In this document: positions 1 through 9,528 of the stretch, piece by piece
How the letters are laid out: every line of letters begins with the position of its first letter
Numbering within the stretch: position 1 is the first letter of the stretch
Source of the DNA: Flavobacteria bacterium GWA2_35_26
Lineage (GTDB): Bacteria > Bacteroidota > Bacteroidia > Flavobacteriales > Flavobacteriaceae
Reading direction: 5' to 3'
DNA: 64,000 nucleotides
Assembly: GCA_001800905.1 (NCBI GenBank)
Contig: MGWH01000005.1
Span: forward strand, 56,303 to 120,302
Translations under genes and position numbers: made by a program
The notes under the pieces: generated by a model
What the model was told of the DNA's origin: nothing
The model's database searches: none
The model's input: the letters and a program-made list of their open reading frames with translations, nothing else

Positions 1-185
1 CTTTTTATTGATTTCCATAAAGAAGCGGTAACATCAAATTGGAAGGTTGATTTTTCTCCAATACTAGTTTCTACGCCTACATTTGGAATAGTCAATAGTG
101 TGGTCAATACGTTTCCTTTTAAATACGTTTGAGCATGGGTATAACCACAGATAAATACTGATAAGAAGATTAAAATTTTCTTCAT
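1..185 (-). CDS. Partial secreted/outer-membrane protein, DUF3575-like (5' part; runs off the left edge)
   Basis: Manual translation from ATG at 185: MKKILIFLSVFICGYTHAQTYLKGNVLTTLLTIPNVGVETSIGEKSTFQFDVTASLWKSIK; signal peptide then an xPNxGxE beta-strand pattern recalled for DUF3575. Not in the ORF track. Confidence 0.6.
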   Translation of the reverse strand, partial: MKKILIFLSVFICGYTHAQTYLKGNVLTTLLTIPNVGVETSIGEKSTFQFDVTASLWKSIK

Positions 186-210
186 TTAAAGGGAATAGTT
201 TTTTATTTTA

Positions 211-1035
211 TTATTTCCTGCTTAACCTTTTTCGGAACCAAAAAATAATATGGTTATTGATTTCCATCAATTGTTGTATTAAAACCGATTTTGATTTGTT
301 TTTTTCTGCTACAAAATGAACAGGTACGTATTTTACTTTTAATTGATGATGATCGACAAAAACGTTAAGTAATCGTTCAGACATAAAGCCTAATACTCTT
401 TCTTGATAAGGATTACTAGAAATAGTTATTTCCTGTTCCACTTTTTCAAGTATGGAAAACAACCAACTTGTGTAGTTTGAAGTTAATTCTTTACTTGCCA
501 CAAACATATTAAAGGGAGAGAATGAATTGGTTTCAAATAGTGTTTTTTTAAATGAAGCTTCATACTCAGGATATAAGGCAATTACCGTTTTTTCTAAGAC
601 ATCAAAATCTTCAGGTAAATGGGATAACGAATAGTGACTGTACAAAGATCGTGTTTTGACTATTTTTTTTGGTAAAATGATGTCATAGCCTTCTAAATTA
701 TTTTCATTATAACAATAATTTTGAAAATGATTCGAAAAGTACTCTTCGGTTATATTTATGATTTTATTAGCGGTTTTTGTCCCTGAAAAATCAAAAAAAC
801 GTCGGTAATGGCAAAGACCAATAGTAGATACTTTATCTAGATTTTTCCATGCCCAATACAGTGCGGTTAGTTCGCAATAGTTTTTGTTTTTAGAACTTAT
901 GTTAGTACCAGTATTGTCTAATTGATAGGGAAGATCAACTGCACTAATTTCTTTACCTACATGAATTGGCAGAAAAGAATTGTCAGGAATATAATTGAAT
1001 TCTTTGTGGGTGCAAATAAGAATTTTGGTACTCAT
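211..1035 (-). CDS. DUF4422-family glycosyltransferase (probable galactofuranosyltransferase, GT111-like)
   Basis: KILICTHK, PIHVGK, DNTGTNISSKNKNYCELTALYWAWKN, IGLCHYRRFF and ERVLGFMSERLLNVF motifs; adjacent to glf. Confidence 0.8.
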   Translation of the reverse strand: MSTKILICTHKEFNYIPDNSFLPIHVGKEISAVDLPYQLDNTGTNISSKNKNYCELTALYWAWKNLDKVSTIGLCHYRRFFDFSGTKTANKIINITEEYFSNHFQNYCYNENNLEGYDIILPKKIVKTRSLYSHYSLSHLPEDFDVLEKTVIALYPEYEASFKKTLFETNSFSPFNMFVASKELTSNYTSWLFSILEKVEQEITISSNPYQERVLGFMSERLLNVFVDHHQLKVKYVPVHFVAEKNKSKSVLIQQLMEINNHIIFWFRKRLSRK

Positions 1036-1047
1036 AATAGAGAAGAA

Positions 1048-2148
1048 TTATAAAGAATCTTTACTTTTTTTCAAGGCTGATCCAATTATTTGATGCATAT
1101 CATAGTATTTATATTCGGCCAATCGTCCCCCAAAAATGACATTTTTATCTTTTTCAGCCAAACTTTTATATTGGTTATAAATAGCGTTATTCTTATCGTC
1201 ATTGACTGGGTAATAGGACTCTTTACCTAAACTCCATTCGTCTGGATATTCATAAGTAATTACCGTTTTCTTTTGGGTACCAAATTCAAAATGTTTGTGT
1301 TCGATGATTCGAGTATATGGAATTTTACTTTCAGTATAATTGATTACAGCATTACCTTGAAAATTAGCTTGATCCAGTGTTTTGGACTCAAATTTCAAAC
1401 TTCGGTATTCTAGGCTGCCAAATTGGTTGTTGTAAAACTCATCAATTTTTCCTGTAAATACTATTTTGTCGGCTATTTGAGTGAACTCTTCGCGTTGTAC
1501 AAAAAAATCAACTTCTAGTCGGACTTCAATCCCGTCTAATAATCCCTCAATTAATTTATTATAACCACCAATTGGAATGCCTTGGTATTTATCATTAAAA
1601 TAGTTGTTGTCATAGGTAAATCGAACAGGTAATCGTTTGATAATAAAGGCAGGTAATTCGGTCGCTTTGCGGCCCCATTGTTTTTCTGTATATCCTTTGA
1701 TTAATTTTTCATAAATATCAATTCCAACTAAAGATATCGCTTGTTCTTCTAAGTTTTTAGGATCCTTTATACCAGATGCTTTAACTTGTTCCTCAATTTT
1801 ATTTTGTGCCTCTTCTGGAGTCCTTACACCCCACAATTGCTGAAAGGTGTTCATGTTGAATGGCAAGTTATACACTTCATCTTTGTAGAAGGCAACAGGC
1901 GAGTTTGTATATCTATTGAACTCAACAAATTGGTTGACATAGTCCCAAATCTCTTTGTCGTTTGTGTGGAAGATATGGGCTCCGTATTTATGAACGTTAA
2001 TGCCCTCCACTTGCTCACAATAGACATTTCCTCCTTGATGGTTTCTTTTATCAATGACTAAACATTTCTTTCCTTTTTTCTTTGCTTCGTGAGCGAAAAC
2101 AGCTCCAAAGAGTCCAGAACCTACTATTAAATAATCGTATTGAGACAT
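1048..2148 (-). CDS. glf: UDP-galactopyranose mutase
   Basis: FAD-binding GSGLFG, HKYGAHIFHT, YQGIPIGGY, TRIIEHKHF, YYPVND, GRLAEYKYYDMHQ. Confidence 0.97.
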   Translation of the reverse strand: MSQYDYLIVGSGLFGAVFAHEAKKKGKKCLVIDKRNHQGGNVYCEQVEGINVHKYGAHIFHTNDKEIWDYVNQFVEFNRYTNSPVAFYKDEVYNLPFNMNTFQQLWGVRTPEEAQNKIEEQVKASGIKDPKNLEEQAISLVGIDIYEKLIKGYTEKQWGRKATELPAFIIKRLPVRFTYDNNYFNDKYQGIPIGGYNKLIEGLLDGIEVRLEVDFFVQREEFTQIADKIVFTGKIDEFYNNQFGSLEYRSLKFESKTLDQANFQGNAVINYTESKIPYTRIIEHKHFEFGTQKKTVITYEYPDEWSLGKESYYPVNDDKNNAIYNQYKSLAEKDKNVIFGGRLAEYKYYDMHQIIGSALKKSKDSL

Positions 2149-2191
2149 TTTAACTGGTATTAATTTGAGGTCAAATATAATTTAGATTTAA

Positions 2192-3781
2192 TTATAAATG
2201 GTACTGTAGGGCAACTTGTAACTGATAATTGTTTTTATTGTTGGGGATTTGCCACTGATAATGTCGATTTATACTTGTTCCAATTTTTCCATTCACAGTA
2301 AATTTCCCGAAATTTTTATATCCATAGGCAGAAAATAATAACTCTACCCATTTTCTATTGTATTCTCCAATACTGTAATCGGTATAAACATCATATGCAA
2401 AATCAAGGTTGTGCGAAAATCGTTCACATTGTATTCCCCATACTTCATTTTTTTTCCAAAGACTAAAATCTAAGGTTTGTGAATTACTACCAGGTCCAAT
2501 ACCGGCTCCAATAACTTGACTCATTTGGGTATAGCCATGTCTAACATAGCCATGCATATACCAAGCGCCAGCAGGCCTGGCTATTCGATCAGCGCTTTGT
2601 TGTAATTGTGTGTGTTCAAAATTAAATTTTAAATAGCTGTCTGAAGAAGCATTATTTTTGAAAATTTTTGCTAAACCAAATGTTAGTGCTCTTGCATGAG
2701 ATGGATCTTGAAATAAATCCCATAAATCTTCTTTATGATCATTCCATCCATTTTCAAAGTAAATTTCAGAGTTAGATTCCTTGAATACCCATCTTAAAAA
2801 TAAAGAAACAATTTGATCGCGTTGTTTGGCATCTTCATTTTTCAAATTTTTCTTTTGGAAAGGCGTGATTACAGGAAAGTAATCGGTAAAACTTTTTCCT
2901 AGTTCATTATTGTATATTTGAAAAATTCGGTTCATTCCAAGGTACAAACCAGGTATCCATTTGGGTTGGTAATTGATTGTTAAACCTGATAAATACCGCC
3001 ATTCTTTGGACTTGGTGTTTTTGTAATTGGTTCCATTTACGATATAATTTTCAATTGGAATATCCAATCCAGATTCGACTAATTTTCCTGAAATGAGTTG
3101 CCATTCAAACGATCCAATTGGTGTTTGTACGGGTTTAACAGAATTGAATGTAAAATGTACAAAACCAGGAGCATTATTACTCATAATAAGCGAATTGTAT
3201 TTACCAGGCCCCCACCAAAGATTTTCATTGGACATACCAAAGTTTACTTTCCCAATAGAATAGTTTAGGGCAGACTGTCCCCAAAATATTTTTTTATATG
3301 CTGAAACCCCCAATCGCTCAGGAATATCATAGTTGTTTAAATAATTGAGATAACCCAATCTGACGCGACTGACAACATAGGTTGGAAACAACTCAAAGGC
3401 TAGGTTTTCGGCAAACACATATTCAGGATTAAATCGAAAATTAAAATGGTTGTATTTTACTGTAAATCCGGCATTTAATTTCATTTGATATCCTTTTGCA
3501 GGAATCATTGCACCATCATTTCTTCCAAAAGGTGCTAGTGTGTTGTATTGTTGGTTTAAAGTTATTGGCAAGTAACTCAATTGAATTTTGTTACTTTTTA
3601 TGGAATCGTTTTCAATTAATAAAGGTCTAATTGTAAACGAGTTTTCGGATTTATTTTTACCAAGTAATTGCTCGTTACGTAATCGTTCATCCTTAAAATC
3701 TATTGATCCTAATGGTATTGATTGCGCTTTTAAATTTTTTGAAAATAAGAATAGAACGAATAGGAATACGACTTTTTTCAT
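2192..3781 (-). CDS. Capsule assembly Wzi-family outer-membrane beta-barrel protein
   Basis: Signal peptide; SNENLWWGPG, SLIMSNNAPGF, GAGIGPGSNSQ motifs; C-terminal LQYHL barrel signal. Confidence 0.75.
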   Translation of the reverse strand: MKKVVFLFVLFLFSKNLKAQSIPLGSIDFKDERLRNEQLLGKNKSENSFTIRPLLIENDSIKSNKIQLSYLPITLNQQYNTLAPFGRNDGAMIPAKGYQMKLNAGFTVKYNHFNFRFNPEYVFAENLAFELFPTYVVSRVRLGYLNYLNNYDIPERLGVSAYKKIFWGQSALNYSIGKVNFGMSNENLWWGPGKYNSLIMSNNAPGFVHFTFNSVKPVQTPIGSFEWQLISGKLVESGLDIPIENYIVNGTNYKNTKSKEWRYLSGLTINYQPKWIPGLYLGMNRIFQIYNNELGKSFTDYFPVITPFQKKNLKNEDAKQRDQIVSLFLRWVFKESNSEIYFENGWNDHKEDLWDLFQDPSHARALTFGLAKIFKNNASSDSYLKFNFEHTQLQQSADRIARPAGAWYMHGYVRHGYTQMSQVIGAGIGPGSNSQTLDFSLWKKNEVWGIQCERFSHNLDFAYDVYTDYSIGEYNRKWVELLFSAYGYKNFGKFTVNGKIGTSINRHYQWQIPNNKNNYQLQVALQYHL

Positions 3782-3791
3782 GGTTTTTTAT

Positions 3792-4784
3792 TTACAATAC
3801 TTTTTTCTTTCTGAAAATGAATTTTGAAACTTTTCTTAGCTTGTAACGGTACCAACTATTTTCTCGTAATTTTTTTTCAGCTTTTTTGTGAAGCGCAAGG
3901 TTTTCTAAAGCAATTTGGTTTAAATCTACAGGAGATTGTTTGTCAGTATATAATAAGGCAAGCGTATTGAATTTTTTATAGCAATTGTAATAAATACGAC
4001 TGATTCTTCTGCACTGTGTAAAACTGTTTGGAAAATATTTTTTTGTTATTTGTAACGTATAAATTAAATGTGGATGAGGAACAATGATATCATCAAGTTT
4101 TTGTCTATTTACTCCAATTTGTTGACTGGAATGTATTCTATACGAAATTAGGTGTTCATTAATATAATCCAAACTGTTTCTAGAGGCTAATATAAGTGCG
4201 ATCCATTCATCATGATAAAATTTTTTTTTGGTCAAATCAGGAAAAGGCAAAATAAGATTTACTATGGATTTCTTGATGCATAAAGTAGCCCCTGTAACCA
4301 TATTCGCATGATGTTTTAATAAACACAATAAGTCAACAGGTTTTTCTAAATTCTTTTCGAAGAAATAAAAGGAATCCCACATATCTGTATTTGGTATAGT
4401 TTCATTGAAGTCATTAATCAATTTTCCGTTGGTAAATATGCCTTCTAATGTCTCGTTTCCTTCAAATTTTGCAATTATTTTTTCTACTTTGTAATAATCC
4501 CAAACATCATCTTGATCTGCTAAAAAAATATACTCTCCGGTGCATTGAGAAATTGCATTTTCAAAATTCTTTGTACTCTTAAGGTTTTTTTTGTTTTGAA
4601 AAAGTTGGATTAAACCGGGATATTTTTCAATATACTCATTTATGATTGCTACAGTAGCATCAGTAGAACAGTCATCATAAATAATAATTTCATCAATTAG
4701 TCGCGATTGATTGATAATACTATTTAATTGATCTTTGATGAATTTGGAACCATTATAGGTGCACATTGCTACTGATAACGTCAT
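3792..4784 (-). CDS. Glycosyltransferase family 2
   Basis: SVAMCTYNG, DDCSTD, FLADQDDVW (DxD), VTGAT, HDEW, YRIHSSQQIG. Confidence 0.9.
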   Translation of the reverse strand: MTLSVAMCTYNGSKFIKDQLNSIINQSRLIDEIIIYDDCSTDATVAIINEYIEKYPGLIQLFQNKKNLKSTKNFENAISQCTGEYIFLADQDDVWDYYKVEKIIAKFEGNETLEGIFTNGKLINDFNETIPNTDMWDSFYFFEKNLEKPVDLLCLLKHHANMVTGATLCIKKSIVNLILPFPDLTKKKFYHDEWIALILASRNSLDYINEHLISYRIHSSQQIGVNRQKLDDIIVPHPHLIYTLQITKKYFPNSFTQCRRISRIYYNCYKKFNTLALLYTDKQSPVDLNQIALENLALHKKAEKKLRENSWYRYKLRKVSKFIFRKKKVL

Positions 4785-4810
4785 GGTTTGCGGTTTAATT
4801 TACTCTAGAT

Positions 4811-5803
4811 TTACACCCATTTAATGGATTTGTTTTGTAATGAATTTTTAAAAATAGTTAAAATAGTGTCAACTTCTATAGTACTATTAAATTCATGTTG
4901 CAATTTACTTATTTGAACAATTGATTTTTGAATTTGCTTTTTGTGTTTAATAAAATCAAACAAACTTTTTAGGATCCAAAATTCTCCTTTGATGAGATGC
5001 CATAATAAAGTTGTTGTAACTAATTGTGAATACCATGCTAATTTTCGAAATCCTTTTAAATGTATAGCATGCAAAATAAAACTATTTCTGTAATATGTTT
5101 TTTTTACAAGATTTGATTTGTCTATTTTGATTGTGGAGGCACTTACTTTATGAAAGCAAATAGATTGGTGTTCATAGAATAGTTTCCAACCCATTTTCCA
5201 AGCTCGTAATCCTAAATCAAAATCTTCAAAATAAAAGGGAGAGTAAATCTCATCAAATCCTTTTAATAATTTTAATTTTTGAGTGCAAATTAATGCATTT
5301 GCCCCCGAAAGATAGGTTGTAAATACGGCGTCAGTTAACTTAGTTGAATAATAAAATTTAGTTGCTTTAAGTTTGACTCCTTTAAATCGGGGAAACCTAG
5401 CGTAATCCTCAGTTTGTAAACTTTGATAATTTTTTATTTGTCCCATGACACCAAAAGTATCATTGGTGTCAAAATAATTCAATTGGTTTTCAAAATAATT
5501 GATTGAAAGTTTGACATCGGAGTTGACTAGAAAAACAAGATCTTTAGTAGCTTTTTCAATTCCTTTATTGCAGGAGTAGGAAAAACCTTTGTTGTTCTTA
5601 TTTTCAATTATGTTAATAAAAGGAAATTGTTGCTGTAAATATGCAACTGAATTATCTGTTGAATGATCGTCAATAACGATAAATTCATATTCTAAATTCG
5701 AAAAGTGAAGCGCTTCAATAATTGACGGAATAAATTCCTCTAAAAGGTCTTTACCATTAAAATTTGGTAAAATAACAGAGATTGATTTTTTTGAAACAGT
5801 CAC
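4811..5803 (-). CDS. Glycosyltransferase family 2 (GTG start)
   Basis: SVILPNFNG, DDHSTD, GFSYSCN, VNSDV, GFDE, YFEDFDLGLR. Confidence 0.9.
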   Translation of the reverse strand: MTVSKKSISVILPNFNGKDLLEEFIPSIIEALHFSNLEYEFIVIDDHSTDNSVAYLQQQFPFINIIENKNNKGFSYSCNKGIEKATKDLVFLVNSDVKLSINYFENQLNYFDTNDTFGVMGQIKNYQSLQTEDYARFPRFKGVKLKATKFYYSTKLTDAVFTTYLSGANALICTQKLKLLKGFDEIYSPFYFEDFDLGLRAWKMGWKLFYEHQSICFHKVSASTIKIDKSNLVKKTYYRNSFILHAIHLKGFRKLAWYSQLVTTTLLWHLIKGEFWILKSLFDFIKHKKQIQKSIVQISKLQHEFNSTIEVDTILTIFKNSLQNKSIKWV

Positions 5804-6912
5804 TACAACAAGGATTTGTATACGTTGTAAATGTTTGACGCAATCTGTTCGTCATTAAATTTTTGGACAAAATCATATCCTTTGTCAGCCATTTCTTTTC
5901 TTAATTCAAAATTAGTCAACAGTAGGTTTATGGAATTAGTAATCTCGTCTATATTGTTAGTGTCAATGTATAAAGTATTTGGCCCTCCAGATTCGTGAAA
6001 TACACCGCCTTTGGTTGTAATTACTGGAGTTTTTGAGAATAAAGATTCGATGATTGGAATTCCGAATCCTTCATACAAAGACGGATAAATAAATAAGGTT
6101 GCCAATTGATACAAGATAGCTAGTTCTTCAACCTCTACATCGTTTAAAAATAGAATTTTATGTTCTAGATTGTTTTGTTCAATATAGGATTCAATTTTTT
6201 TCTTATAAGCAGTAGGTGTGCCAATAATTACTAGATAGGTGTCAATATTTTGTATTGCTTGAACAGCAGATAATATATTTTTTCTGGACTCTACTGTGCC
6301 AACATTTAAAATGAAATTTGCAGGCAGCTTATATTTTTCAATGATGTTTTTTTTACGTTCTGAAGAATATTCTTTTTTGAATGCAGGATTACAACCTTGA
6401 TAAACAACCTTTATTTTCCGCGACGGTACATTAAAGTATTTAATAAGATCCGATTTAGTTTGCTCACTTATGGCAATAACCAAATCCGATTTAGTAGTAG
6501 ACTTTCTAAATTTATAGAAATAAATTGCGCGATCTAAAAATGAATAATATTGAGGTAAACTCATGAAAATTAAGTCGTGTACTGTTACAATACTTTTAAT
6601 TTTATTCAGTCCACTAGGTATTTCACCTGATAACCCATGAAATAACTTAATTTCATCTGAAACCAAATCTTTTACAACCCCTTTTTGTCTCCATAAATTA
6701 TAAAACTTTGAATAAAAAGTGGAAGTAGGTTTTTTCTCAATTACATTACTTTCGTTAGTTTCAAATAAATTTTCATTAGTAGGTATTGGATTATAAAGCA
6801 AATAGTTGTTTTCAGGAAAGTAGTGACTAAGAATTCTTACCAAATCTCGGCTATAATTGCCAAGACCAGTTTTATTGTGAAAGATTCTTTTTGCCTCAAA
6901 ACCTATATTCAT
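5803..6912 (-). CDS. Glycosyltransferase family 4 (GT-B fold)
   Basis: TGLGNYS, VTVHDLIF, VGTVESRKN, FIYPSLYEGFGIPIIES. Confidence 0.92.
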   Translation of the reverse strand: MNIGFEAKRIFHNKTGLGNYSRDLVRILSHYFPENNYLLYNPIPTNENLFETNESNVIEKKPTSTFYSKFYNLWRQKGVVKDLVSDEIKLFHGLSGEIPSGLNKIKSIVTVHDLIFMSLPQYYSFLDRAIYFYKFRKSTTKSDLVIAISEQTKSDLIKYFNVPSRKIKVVYQGCNPAFKKEYSSERKKNIIEKYKLPANFILNVGTVESRKNILSAVQAIQNIDTYLVIIGTPTAYKKKIESYIEQNNLEHKILFLNDVEVEELAILYQLATLFIYPSLYEGFGIPIIESLFSKTPVITTKGGVFHESGGPNTLYIDTNNIDEITNSINLLLTNFELRKEMADKGYDFVQKFNDEQIASNIYNVYKSLL

Positions 6913-6984
6913 ATCTAAATTCTAACTTGAGATTTATTATTTTATATGGAACTATTTTTATATAAAACTAATTTTTAAAACATT

Positions 6985-6992
6985 CAAAAGTA
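6985..6992 (-). promoter_or_regulatory. Candidate Bacteroidota -7 promoter element for the GT4-GT2-GT2-wzi-glf run
   Basis: Minus-strand TACTTTTG (TAnnTTTG) in the 103-bp gap upstream of the GT4 gene. Confidence 0.5.
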
Positions 6993-7015
6993 AGTTTTTT
7001 CTTCAAATTTACATC

Positions 7016-7993
7016 TTATTTTTGTAAGTATTTTACTGATCTTGGACTAGTCCATGTTTTTTTAGAAATAGCGTTTCTATAATAGTTGATCAAATTCATA
7101 AAAATATAAGTATTCACTTTTAGCTTTGGAATAAAAAAGAACACTATACCAGTGATTGCTAATAGGCATTTTTCAATAAGAAGCGATAGAATTAACAAAC
7201 TTTGAATTAAATGCTTGTTAAAACCTGATTTATGTTCACTTACAAAAACATGTTTTGAAATAAGAACTTCTGTTTTAGTTAGTGCTTTTGTATTTATATT
7301 AATTCGAGTTGCACCACCATGTTTGTGAAAAATATTTGCTGTTCGAATCAAACAAATTTTCCCATTCTTTTCTTGTATTTTTTTGCAAATATCAACATCT
7401 TCAAAGTATAGCCAGTATTTTTCAGTCCAACCGTTAACAGTATTGAACCATTCTCTACTCATAAATATTGTTGCTCCTGTAACCCAATCTGGGAAAACTT
7501 TTTCTTTGTGAAAATTGAATTTTTTTCGAAGAGAAAAATAATTTACGATTCGGTACAATACTCTTGATAAACCAAAGAGGGTTGATAATTTAGGGAAAAA
7601 TCTAATTTCGGTATATTTATTATTTGACTCATCTGTTTGTAGACAACTCACAATACCATAATCAGGATTTTTATAGGTAGTTTTCCAAAGTTTTAAAACC
7701 GCATCTTTGTTAATAATTGTATCCGGGTTTAAAAAGAATAAATAATTTCCATTTGCATTTGAAGCTCCCAAATTACAACCATTTGCAAAACCATTGTTAC
7801 CTGAATTTTCTATAAATAAAATGGAAGGGAAGAGTGTTTTGAATTCCTCTAGTCTTCCATCATTAGATTGATTGTCGACCACAATTGTTTCCAATGTAAA
7901 TTTTGAACTATTAATAGTAATTATGGACTGTAAACAATCTTTAAGATCGTTCCAGCTTTTATAGTTTACAATGACAATTGAGATATCAACCAT
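7016..7993 (-). CDS. Glycosyltransferase family 2
   Basis: SIVIVNYKS, VVDNQSND, GFANGCNLG, FLNPDT, DWVTGA, LYFEDVD. Confidence 0.9.
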   Translation of the reverse strand: MVDISIVIVNYKSWNDLKDCLQSIITINSSKFTLETIVVDNQSNDGRLEEFKTLFPSILFIENSGNNGFANGCNLGASNANGNYLFFLNPDTIINKDAVLKLWKTTYKNPDYGIVSCLQTDESNNKYTEIRFFPKLSTLFGLSRVLYRIVNYFSLRKKFNFHKEKVFPDWVTGATIFMSREWFNTVNGWTEKYWLYFEDVDICKKIQEKNGKICLIRTANIFHKHGGATRININTKALTKTEVLISKHVFVSEHKSGFNKHLIQSLLILSLLIEKCLLAITGIVFFFIPKLKVNTYIFMNLINYYRNAISKKTWTSPRSVKYLQK

Positions 7994-8005
7994 AAATTTG
8001 GTTTG

Positions 8006-8821
8006 TTAAACAGCTACGTCGTATTCTCTTAACGCATTATTCAGTGACGTTTTTAAATCAGTTGAAGGCTTACGAGTACCAATAATTAATGCGCAAGGCA
8101 CTTGGTATTCTCCGGCAGTGAATTTTTTGGTATAGCTTCCAGGGATCACAACAGAACGCGCAGGCACAAATCCTTTCATTTCAATTGGTTCATCTCCTGT
8201 TACATCAATGATTTTTGTCGAAGCAGTTAAACACACATTAGCCCCAAGAACAGCTTCTTTGCCTACATGAACTCCTTCTACAACAATACAACGCGAACCA
8301 ATAAAAGCTCCGTCTTCAATAATAACCGGTGCCGCTTGTAATGGTTCTAAAACACCACCAATTCCAACTCCACCACTTAAATGAACGTCTTTTCCAATTT
8401 GAGCACAACTTCCAACGGTTGCCCAAGTATCTACCATAGTTCCTTCATCAACATACGCTCCAATATTCACATAACTTGGCATCATGATCACGCCACTAGA
8501 TATATAAGAACCATAACGAGCTGAAGCACCAGGGACAACACGCACTCCTTTTTCGGCATAGTTTCTTTTCAATTCCATTTTGTCATGGTATTCAAAAATT
8601 CCAGCTTCCCAAGTTTCCATTTTTTGAATAGGGAAGTACATTACAACGGCTTTTTTTACCCATTCGTTGACTTGCCATCCATCTCCTTTAGGTTCAGCTA
8701 CACGTAATTTTCCAGCGTCTAATAATTCGATAACTTCTCTGATTGCAGTAGTTGTAGCGGTTTCTTGTAATAAAGCTCTATTCTCCCAAGCTTGTTCTAT
8801 TGTAGTTTGTAATGAATTCAT
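8006..8821 (-). CDS. dapD: 2,3,4,5-tetrahydropyridine-2,6-dicarboxylate N-succinyltransferase
   Basis: WQVNEWVKKAV, RVVPGA, hexapeptide repeats, GGVLEPLQAAPVIIED. Start moved to the ATG at 8821 because a TATCTTTG -7 element (8846-8853) overlaps the track start at 8848. Confidence 0.95.
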   Translation of the reverse strand: MNSLQTTIEQAWENRALLQETATTTAIREVIELLDAGKLRVAEPKGDGWQVNEWVKKAVVMYFPIQKMETWEAGIFEYHDKMELKRNYAEKGVRVVPGASARYGSYISSGVIMMPSYVNIGAYVDEGTMVDTWATVGSCAQIGKDVHLSGGVGIGGVLEPLQAAPVIIEDGAFIGSRCIVVEGVHVGKEAVLGANVCLTASTKIIDVTGDEPIEMKGFVPARSVVIPGSYTKKFTAGEYQVPCALIIGTRKPSTDLKTSLNNALREYDVAV

Positions 8822-8987
8822 TATGTAGTTTGTGTTAATTTTCGACAAAGATAGTTTTTTTGTGCGATTGACAAAAGCCTAATCCAATGATAAAGCGGCG
8901 TTAATGAGTCAATTTATTCTGAATTCAGTTGGGGATTTATTATGAAATTTAAGTAGATTTACCCTTTTAAAATTAAGGGATAAAGTA

Positions 8988-9404
8988 ATGGCAAGAATAC
9001 TCGCTATCGATTACGGACAAAAACGCACAGGAATTGCAGTAACTGATGAGTTGCAAATTATTGCATCGGGACTCACTACGATTCCATCAACAACGGCAAT
9101 CGACTTTTTGAAAGCCTATTTTCAAAAAGAAAAAGTAGAAGCCGTACTTATTGGCGAACCCAAGCAAATGAACGGTCAGCCTTCTGAAAGTGCTCCCATA
9201 ATCAAAGGATTTGTAACACATTTCACCAATCATTTTCCGGAAATGAAAGTCATACGAGTAGATGAACGCTTTACCTCTAAAATGGCATTTCAATCGATGA
9301 TTGATAGTGGATTAAGTAAAAAGAAACGTCAAGATAAAGGTTTGATTGACGAAATTTCAGCCACTATTATGCTGCAAGATTATTTGACAAGAAAAATGTT
9401 CTAA
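8988..9404 (+). CDS. ruvX: YqgF/RuvX-family RNase H-like nuclease
   Basis: LAIDYGQKRTGIA, DERFTS, IDEISATIMLQ. Confidence 0.93.
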   Translation: MARILAIDYGQKRTGIAVTDELQIIASGLTTIPSTTAIDFLKAYFQKEKVEAVLIGEPKQMNGQPSESAPIIKGFVTHFTNHFPEMKVIRVDERFTSKMAFQSMIDSGLSKKKRQDKGLIDEISATIMLQDYLTRKMF

Positions 9405-9501
9405 TATCCATTTTTTTTAAGCAGTGTATAAGCTGTTTATTTTCTTACTTTTCGATTCAATTTTGTTACAAAATTATACTGATTTTTGCATTTTTAAGGA
9501 G

Positions 9502-9509
9502 TATATTTG
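9502..9509 (+). promoter_or_regulatory. -7 promoter element for mqo
   Basis: TATATTTG ending 19 nt before the ATG at 9529. Confidence 0.65.
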
Positions 9510-9528
9510 CACCTTAAAATTTTGACCC

